A DNA stretch of 7,641 nt from Candidatus Hermodarchaeota archaeon (GTDB lineage Archaea > Asgardarchaeota > Heimdallarchaeia > Hodarchaeales > Hodarchaeaceae), in NCBI GenBank assembly GCA_048886185.1, contig JBHLKY010000056.1, positions 1 to 7,641 on the forward strand, given 5' to 3'. Below the pieces are notes generated by a model. It saw only the letters and a program-made list of their open reading frames with translations. It searched no databases and was not told where the DNA came from. The position numbers were made by a program, and so were the translations under genes. Below are positions 1 through 6,108 of the stretch, in pieces (positions within the stretch are counted from its first letter, which is position 1; every line of letters starts with the position of its first letter).

Positions 1-2546
1 CTTTCCGATTCACCTGTGATACTAATACTCGGACTTACTCCGTCTTCCGTACAGGTGATAGTATCAGAGGCAGAGTTGCCCACATTATCATAAATAGTTA
101 CAGTAATCGTCCCAGACACATCAGCATCATTAATGGTATATTGACCTTGGTAAGGAGCACTAGAATCTTTAGCTGGATCATCATCACCAAAAATACCAAA
201 ATCTATCCCCCGGATTCCTGAATCTGCATCCACTCCTGTTGCAGTAATTGTGATAGTTGCAGAAGAATCAAAGGAATCTGAGAAATAGAATATATTAATC
301 GAATCATCGCCATATACTTCATCTGTATCACCTGATTCCGCATACGCCGCCATAGCATCACTTAAAGTTGGATTTGCATTATCCCAGCCAACATTCGGTA
401 ATGTAAGTCCCTGAGAAAGATGAATCTGGGTTCCGTAGTCATTACCAATTCCCACTACTGCTGATCCAACAGTGATCCCATCTCTGGTAATTGTGGTACC
501 TAGATCAGGGTCTTCTTCAATATCTCCTAGTAATCCATTAGTAATCCATTTGTTCTCATTTCCGATGTAACCTATGTTCACTTCTCCTTGATAGAGATTT
601 CCTGTATAATTCCATACAGCGGTAATGTTTATAGTTATATCGTCAAAAGTACCATTATTATTGTCCCAGTACCGTGAACCATCAAAATATTCATAGCTGT
701 TACTTAGAACAGTAATATCAGTGATTTTAACACAATCTACATGTACTTCTTGGGTTGTGGTTGCTGATCCATTGAAATCTAATCCATCACCAGCTAATTC
801 AACGAATGGGTAGTATGTATAATTCCCGATTATCATTTCAGAATCAACTGAAATGCTAACTGAGTCATCTGTATCGTTTTCAATGGCAACATTAATATCT
901 ATAGGATCATCTTCCCGAAATATAGTTACAACATCAATCTCAACAGGGGGAACGGCAATATTGGTGCCCTCATAATAAACATTACCTGTAAATACAAGGT
1001 CAGATGCATAATTTGGATTGATATTATTATCATTAACACTAAAAGAAGCTACTTCGATATTATGATTAAAGTTGTAAGTAGCAGAGGATGTTTCAGTTGC
1101 GGTATTTGAGCTAGTATCATTTGCCCAAGCTTTGAGAGCAATATTGTTTCCATTAGGGAAATCCCAATCTGTTTGAATTTCAAATGTCACTGTCAAATAT
1201 TTTCCATTACGACTTGTTGATCCCGTGCCTAATGAGATATGATTGGCTCCATTATCGTTGATTTCGCTAAAAGTATCCGTTCCATTATCATACCCAACTG
1301 AATATTCAAATGAATTAACTGTAAAATTGAGTTGCACGAAATCTAAATCGCCATATCCATCCTCATCACTCGCTACTACTTTAAAAGAGTAATACGTTCT
1401 TCTTGAATGGACTACTCCAAAATCAGAGTCAGTGATTGAGATATTACTCACAGCGATTTGTACAATACCAGCACCAAAACGTGGTTGTAATTTACCAAAA
1501 GATCCATAACCATTAAGAGGAGGAATTAATCCCTCATAAGCAGCTGTTTCTTTAGGAGAAGAAGATTCCTCATTAACAGTTGATTTTTCGTCTTCCATTT
1601 CTATTTTATTATCTTCTGATGTATTTTCAATCTTTGGATAAACCACTTGGAAGCCAGTTCCAGATGACGCCTGTAATTCAAATGCTGTTGAAAGATCTTT
1701 CACCATTCTAAGTGAGAAGTAACCATTTCCTAAATCTCGACGTTCATAAACTCGATTAAAGAAAGTAAATCGGGTGACTCCCTCCTCTTTTTGGGGAAGA
1801 GTATCGAGTCTGTTAAGTACTTGAGTGATCACAGCAATAGGTGTAATCAGCATAATTATTACAAATAAGTATGCCAAAACATTCCCAAACCGTTTCGGAT
1901 ACGCCAGCCAGAAACCATACAATCCAATGGAACTAAATAAACCTAGTAAAGTTTGACTATTGACTATAGATGTTGGGGCCAGATGAAATCTTATCTGCTC
2001 AAATTGAACCCCTTGTAAGCTAGTTGTCTCATTCCATGACGAAATCGCCAATTCAAAGTAATCCAGCTCTTGAAAAACACTCGTATTAAAATGAAATTGA
2101 ATAGTTGTTCCCTGATACAACTCTCGTGCATTGATCAATTGTACTGAGTTATTATCTCCCTCGATTGTTGCTATATCGAATGGAAACACACTAACAGTAA
2201 CATTATGCAATCCTCCCCAACAAATAAATCCTTCTGTATCATAAGTGAAGATCATTCGCAATCGCAATGAGAGCATTTCAAAAGGATCACTTGGTGTCTT
2301 GAAGATAATGCGGAATTTATAGGCGTCTTGCTTGCTTGTGATCTCATGAATCTTCATCCCCTCGTCTGATACAAAAGTTTGGTTATGAAGGCCTTTAGTA
2401 ATAGCTCCATTTTCCCCAAAGGCGAAATAATTGAAGATGGGATAAAGCGTATTATCTGGTCCAATTGTAGAAACTGAACTTATTGATAAGAATAGGAAAA
2501 GCAATAAGCTTCCGTTTAAAAAGTATTTTTGATATTTTAAGGGCAT
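1..2546 (-). CDS. Large membrane-anchored surface glycoprotein with Ig-like domains (adhesin/S-layer-associated type); 3' end lies outside the window
   Basis: Manual translation from ATG at 2546 gives 848 codons with no stop down to position 3 (MPLKYQKYFLNGSLLLFLFLSISSVSTIGPDN...TITCTEDGVSPSISITGESE). AAGGAG SD lies 8 nt upstream. N-terminal signal-like hydrophobic stretch; TM segments at ~aa 200-216 and ~223-244; about 16 N-x-S/T sequons; Ig-like strand motifs AWANDTSSN, TGVDADSGIRGIDF, ITVTIYDNVGN. Probably missing from the track because it has no stop codon in the window. Confidence 0.9.
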   Translation of the reverse strand, partial: MPLKYQKYFLNGSLLLFLFLSISSVSTIGPDNTLYPIFNYFAFGENGAITKGLHNQTFVSDEGMKIHEITSKQDAYKFRIIFKTPSDPFEMLSLRLRMIFTYDTEGFICWGGLHNVTVSVFPFDIATIEGDNNSVQLINARELYQGTTIQFHFNTSVFQELDYFELAISSWNETTSLQGVQFEQIRFHLAPTSIVNSQTLLGLFSSIGLYGFWLAYPKRFGNVLAYLFVIIMLITPIAVITQVLNRLDTLPQKEEGVTRFTFFNRVYERRDLGNGYFSLRMVKDLSTAFELQASSGTGFQVVYPKIENTSEDNKIEMEDEKSTVNEESSSPKETAAYEGLIPPLNGYGSFGKLQPRFGAGIVQIAVSNISITDSDFGVVHSRRTYYSFKVVASDEDGYGDLDFVQLNFTVNSFEYSVGYDNGTDTFSEINDNGANHISLGTGSTSRNGKYLTVTFEIQTDWDFPNGNNIALKAWANDTSSNTATETSSATYNFNHNIEVASFSVNDNNINPNYASDLVFTGNVYYEGTNIAVPPVEIDVVTIFREDDPIDINVAIENDTDDSVSISVDSEMIIGNYTYYPFVELAGDGLDFNGSATTTQEVHVDCVKITDITVLSNSYEYFDGSRYWDNNNGTFDDITINITAVWNYTGNLYQGEVNIGYIGNENKWITNGLLGDIEEDPDLGTTITRDGITVGSAVVGIGNDYGTQIHLSQGLTLPNVGWDNANPTLSDAMAAYAESGDTDEVYGDDSINIFYFSDSFDSSATITITATGVDADSGIRGIDFGIFGDDDPAKDSSAPYQGQYTINDADVSGTITVTIYDNVGNSASDTITCTEDGVSPSISITGESE

Positions 2547-2554
2547 ATTATTTT

Positions 2555-2560
2555 CTCCTT
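2555..2560 (-). promoter_or_regulatory. Shine-Dalgarno site of the surface-protein gene
   Basis: Minus strand reads ctAAGGAGaaaataatATG, with an 8-nt spacer to the ATG at 2546. Confidence 0.7.
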
Positions 2561-2825
2561 AGGAAAATAAAGCTTTTTTTTGATAATTGTGAATGAACAA
2601 TTTACTTGAAACAAAGAGGGGTACCCATTCCTCATTTTATCTCGACAAAAATCTTCGTTGTTTGATTTATACTGGTTTTATGTTGATGGTAGAAATATTA
2701 TCTAATTATATATGTATGTAACTCTAATAGGGGATTTTTCTATTTTTTACTTTTTAACCTCTTCCGAATGGAGTGACGAATTGTTTTCGGATGAAAAAAT
2801 CGTAAAAATGATTTGTTTCCCCTCC

Positions 2826-2846
2826 TTACTATTTAAAAAATAGTAA
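2826..2846. repeat. Perfect 9-bp inverted repeat TTACTATTT-N3-AAATAGTAA (operator-like or terminator hairpin)
   Basis: Read directly: 2826-2834 is the reverse complement of 2838-2846. It lies 54 bp past the regulator stop codon and 280 bp upstream of the surface-protein start. Function is unknown. Confidence 0.55.
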
Positions 2847-2900
2847 TTCCGTTCCTCCCACCTTTAGTACAAATAGGATCTGTTTTTTTGATATAATCCA

Positions 2901-3812
2901 CTAAAAACGGGAAACCAGGAATTTAGTGATCTCGGAGGGGCTTTTCCCAAACAGGTAGAGGATAGCTTCGAGTCCAATGCCTCCAGCATCTGCAATTACC
3001 TCTATTAATTTTAATTCCTCATTAGTGTGAATTTCTTTGAGAATCTTATCCCAATTTTTATCAGCTTCCTCGGTTCGGACGATATATTTTCCTGATACTA
3101 TTGTTGTTAGAATTTCCTCGGTATTGCGTAATGAAATCACTGATCGATGATCTGATCCGTATTTTATAAATGTAAGCAAGATTTGAGCCAGGATAGAGCC
3201 ATGGCTGAACTCAGGAGGGGAGATAATCTTTCCTTTTCCTTTTACTTTGACGATTCTCCCTGGGAATCCTGCAATGTCAGTTAAACTTTGACCATCTTCC
3301 GTTAAACTTACGAATTGACATCCTATTTCTGGAATTAATTTACCAAACTTTTCTCCAGTATTAACCAATGTTTGTGCTGCTTCAAATAGTTCTCTTGTTG
3401 TCTGAAGTCTTTGGTTGAACACTTTAGCTTGTTCTGATGAAGGAAAACAAATATTACAATCGGGAGGAAAATCCATCGAAGCCTTTTTTCTGTGAATATC
3501 GCATAGTGGGCCAGCTGTCCTAAACTGCTGGCATTCCTGACAGATTATTTTCATAGTATCTATTAATGAGATTTCTTCGGTCGTTATTCTCAATACAAGA
3601 TCAGAAACTAAATTGTCAAAAGCAGGTCTTGATGTAATAGGAGATGGAGAGGAAGCGGGAGCTTTCAGATATGTAGAAACCACTGGTTGTGAAACTCCTA
3701 ATATTTGTGCAATCTCCATCTGGACAAAACCAAGCTCAGCTAATTTTTGGGCCAATGCTTTTCTTAAGGGGGTCAGAAAACTTGAAGGTACAATCTCACA
3801 GATGAATTGCAT
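2901..3812 (-). CDS. thiR: ThiR-like transcriptional regulator: XRE/COG2522-type HTH + Cys/His cluster + C-terminal ThiN (thiamine-phosphate synthase-like) domain
   Basis: N-terminus CEIV...LRKALAQKL...QMEIAQILGVSQPVVSTYLK is a typical archaeal HTH. Middle CxxC...CxxH...CxxC. C-terminus has ThiN hallmarks LIPEIG, D(I)AGFPGRIV, PPEF, and ADAGGIGLEAILYLFG (matching the D-x-G-x-x-G-K-E-P-M type motif). Adjacent to a ThiP-like transporter. Confidence 0.8.
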   Translation of the reverse strand: MQFICEIVPSSFLTPLRKALAQKLAELGFVQMEIAQILGVSQPVVSTYLKAPASSPSPITSRPAFDNLVSDLVLRITTEEISLIDTMKIICQECQQFRTAGPLCDIHRKKASMDFPPDCNICFPSSEQAKVFNQRLQTTRELFEAAQTLVNTGEKFGKLIPEIGCQFVSLTEDGQSLTDIAGFPGRIVKVKGKGKIISPPEFSHGSILAQILLTFIKYGSDHRSVISLRNTEEILTTIVSGKYIVRTEEADKNWDKILKEIHTNEELKLIEVIADAGGIGLEAILYLFGKSPSEITKFLVSRF

Positions 3813-3938
3813 AGAACCACAACTTCATTCTTTATTAATGAATTATTTAATATTTATTAATCCAGCTTATAGATGGTTTAAACTCATTTATTGATGTTTG
3901 AAATCCGAGTGATAAAACACGTAGAGTTAAACTTTTTA

Positions 3939-3954
3939 CTGAATCTTTATTCAG
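3939..3954. promoter_or_regulatory. Palindrome CTGAAT-N4-ATTCAG abutting the kinase SD; candidate operator
   Basis: Perfect 6-bp arms read directly. It overlaps the start of AGGAAGG (3953-3959) upstream of ATG 3972. The operator role is inference. Confidence 0.3.
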
Positions 3955-3971
3955 GAAGGATATTTCTAATA

Positions 3972-4940
3972 ATGAAGCTAAATTTAGACCTTTTAACAAC
4001 AATTCCAAGGTCTCTTCTACCAGATAGGGTTACTTCCGCACGATTTATACATGGAGGATTAAATAATCGAAATATCTTAATCAATGAGAAATGGTTAATC
4101 AAACAATTTTTAATCAGTGATGAAACGACTGATCCAGTCTACCAACGTTTTCTTCGTGAAAAGAACACACTTGAACTATTTAAAGATAATATTCATGCGC
4201 CAAGGTTATTAGAATATACTGATGACCCTCCAAACTTTTTTATCAGGAGAAAATGGGTACAAGGAGTTCCCATCACATTTACTCAAGCTCAAGATTATGT
4301 TAATCTGTTAATAGAAGGATTATTTTTTATTCATTGCCTAGATACTCCGTTAGCTGGAGATTTCAATTATTTTGATGTGATTAAACGGTATCTCCAAGAA
4401 TATAAGAGAATTTATACTGATTTCGTTACAGATCCTTCTGAACTTGAAGAATTGCCATCTATTCCTCCTGATCAGCTTTTGGGTAGCTTTTTTTCGAATC
4501 AGCTATCTCAGATTCATGATAATGCTTCAGATAAAACTGTAGCCCGAATTCATGGTGATCTAGTTCTTTCTAACATTATTTTAACAGATAATGATAAGAA
4601 AATTGTCTTTATTGATTGGGAATACTCGACTATAGCTGATCCATTGATTGATTTTGCCTATCTCCTTACTCAAAACGACCTTTCCCCTCAAGTACAACTA
4701 GCTCTTATTCAAAGCTACCAAAAAAAGCTTCAACGGCCCCTAAATATTGATTTATTGAATTTATACCAAGGTTTAATGAATCTCATGTCTGGTCTTTGGT
4801 ATTTCATTCATGCTTTTAGACTTAAATCATTCCCCTCTCAATATAGCAAACAACAGCCTCCTTGGAAATATTTTATTCAATTGGGCCTGAGAAGATTTCA
4901 AGCCATAGATCTTGTTTCGAGAAATGAGGCTATTTTATAA
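3972..4940 (+). CDS. Choline/ethanolamine-kinase / APH-family phosphotransferase; candidate thiamine kinase (ThiK-like)
   Basis: Motifs GGLNNRN (nucleotide-positioning loop), WLIK (invariant Lys), HGDLVLSN (Brenner motif, 4551) and FIDWEY (4614). I prefer the start at ATG 3972 (322 aa) over the track's TTG 3891 because AGGAAGG lies 12 nt upstream and the extra 27 aa look like AT-rich intergenic DNA. Substrate is inferred from context. Confidence 0.8.
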   Translation: MKLNLDLLTTIPRSLLPDRVTSARFIHGGLNNRNILINEKWLIKQFLISDETTDPVYQRFLREKNTLELFKDNIHAPRLLEYTDDPPNFFIRRKWVQGVPITFTQAQDYVNLLIEGLFFIHCLDTPLAGDFNYFDVIKRYLQEYKRIYTDFVTDPSELEELPSIPPDQLLGSFFSNQLSQIHDNASDKTVARIHGDLVLSNIILTDNDKKIVFIDWEYSTIADPLIDFAYLLTQNDLSPQVQLALIQSYQKKLQRPLNIDLLNLYQGLMNLMSGLWYFIHAFRLKSFPSQYSKQQPPWKYFIQLGLRRFQAIDLVSRNEAIL

Positions 4941-4958
4941 TAAACAAATGGAATAAAA

Positions 4959-6080
4959 TCAGTAATACAGTCTAAGTGCTTCAGGCCGTATTTTTATACC
5001 CACTTGATCTGAAATCTTGAAACTGTTATTGTTGATTGGGATTTGAACTCTGATCACATTATTCCTAGCAGGATCTGCCATTAGATTCTCTATTTTTGTT
5101 GAATGTTGTACTAAAATCCTTATTAATAGGGTCATTTGATGTACCATGGGCTCAGGAATTATAGCTATAATTTGTCCTTCAAAACAGTTAATTTCAGTGA
5201 ATTTCTCTTTTGAATATGGGATCTCTAAGGGATCAATAAATACTGCTGATGGTTCGTTCTTAGAGCTTCTGATGAGTGAGATAGGAACATAGATCTCTCC
5301 AATCTCTGTTGAAAGAATGGCTTTTTTTCCTTCCTCAATTTCGGTGATAGAGAAAATTTTATATAAATTCTTCAGACCAAGGGTAACAGCTGCATCAACA
5401 GAATCAGGATTTAAAGTTACCTCCATAGGAGAGCCCAATTGCAGAATTTTTCCTTCATGAAGGATAATTAGCTTGTCTGCTAACATTTTAGCCTCTTTCA
5501 AGTCATGAGTGACAAATAAAGTTGTAATAGCTGAAACTCTTTGAATATTCTTGATATAAATTGCCAATTGATCACGTAAATGTGCATCAATATTACTCAA
5601 GGGTTCATCTAGTAACAAAAGTTTTGGTGATGGAGCTAACGCCCTTAACAGACTCACTCGTTGCTGTTGTCCTCCACTAAGCTCGTGAGGTTTTCTTTTC
5701 AACAACTTCTCAATTCCCCCAAGGGTGGCTAATTCAAGTACTCGTTTCTTGACATCTTCCTTTGGCCACTTTTGTGAGACAAGGCCAAAGGCAATGTTGT
5801 CGAAAACAGTCAGGTGAGGAAATAAGCTTTGATTTTGGGGAACATAACCAATTTCTCTTCTATCGATTGATTGATATGTAATTTCTTTTTGATCAATAAA
5901 AATTGAGCCCGTTTGAGGAATAAGAATACCAACAACCGTTTTTAACAAAGTTGTTTTCCCACACCCAGAGGGGCCGACAATTGCTATTAATTCCCCCTTT
6001 TTCCCTTGGAATGAAACGTCATAAAGTACCCAATGATCTTGATATTTGAAGTACAGGTTTTTCATTTCAAAAAAAACCAT
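4959..6080 (-). CDS. thiQ: ABC transporter ATP-binding subunit (PotA/FbpC/ThiQ-type with C-terminal TOBE-like extension); probable thiamine importer ATPase
   Basis: Walker A GPSGCGKTT, Q-loop YVPQ, signature LSGGQQQRV, Walker B LLLLDEP, H-loop VTHD. Directly downstream of the ThiP-like permease on the same strand (28-bp gap). Confidence 0.85.
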   Translation of the reverse strand: MVFFEMKNLYFKYQDHWVLYDVSFQGKKGELIAIVGPSGCGKTTLLKTVVGILIPQTGSIFIDQKEITYQSIDRREIGYVPQNQSLFPHLTVFDNIAFGLVSQKWPKEDVKKRVLELATLGGIEKLLKRKPHELSGGQQQRVSLLRALAPSPKLLLLDEPLSNIDAHLRDQLAIYIKNIQRVSAITTLFVTHDLKEAKMLADKLIILHEGKILQLGSPMEVTLNPDSVDAAVTLGLKNLYKIFSITEIEEGKKAILSTEIGEIYVPISLIRSSKNEPSAVFIDPLEIPYSKEKFTEINCFEGQIIAIIPEPMVHQMTLLIRILVQHSTKIENLMADPARNNVIRVQIPINNNSFKISDQVGIKIRPEALRLYY

Positions 6081-6108
6081 TTCTTGTCACATTATTCCTC
6101 AATTAGCT

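Noticed and set aside
2616-2633. GGGTACCC 8-bp palindrome (2619-2626) / GAGG...CCTC mini-hairpin
   Set aside because: Too short to distinguish from chance, with a single occurrence.
2593-2721. 42-aa plus-strand sORF (MNNLLETKRGTHSSFYLDKNLRCLIYTGFMLMVEILSNYICM)
   Set aside because: No SD and no recognisable motif. It lies antisense across the probable promoter/leader of the surface-protein gene, and its length is attainable by chance.
2547-2900. TPP riboswitch or other structured ncRNA/tRNA in the intergenic regions
   Set aside because: No GCUGAGA / CCUGAU-type TPP core on either strand here or at 3813-3971, and no cloverleaf. The presence of a ThiR-like protein fits protein-based control. 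An Rfam scan would be definitive.
3613-3894. 93-aa plus-strand ORF whose TGA overlaps ATG 3894 (TGATG coupling-like)
   Set aside because: It is antisense to the well-supported HTH region of the regulator, then runs through AT-rich promoter DNA. No domain signal, and the kinase more likely starts at 3972.
3891-3971. Track's 27-aa N-terminal extension of the kinase (TTG 3891 / ATG 3894)
   Set aside because: No SD upstream. A better SD + ATG pair exists at 3953-3974, and kinase motifs begin after it.
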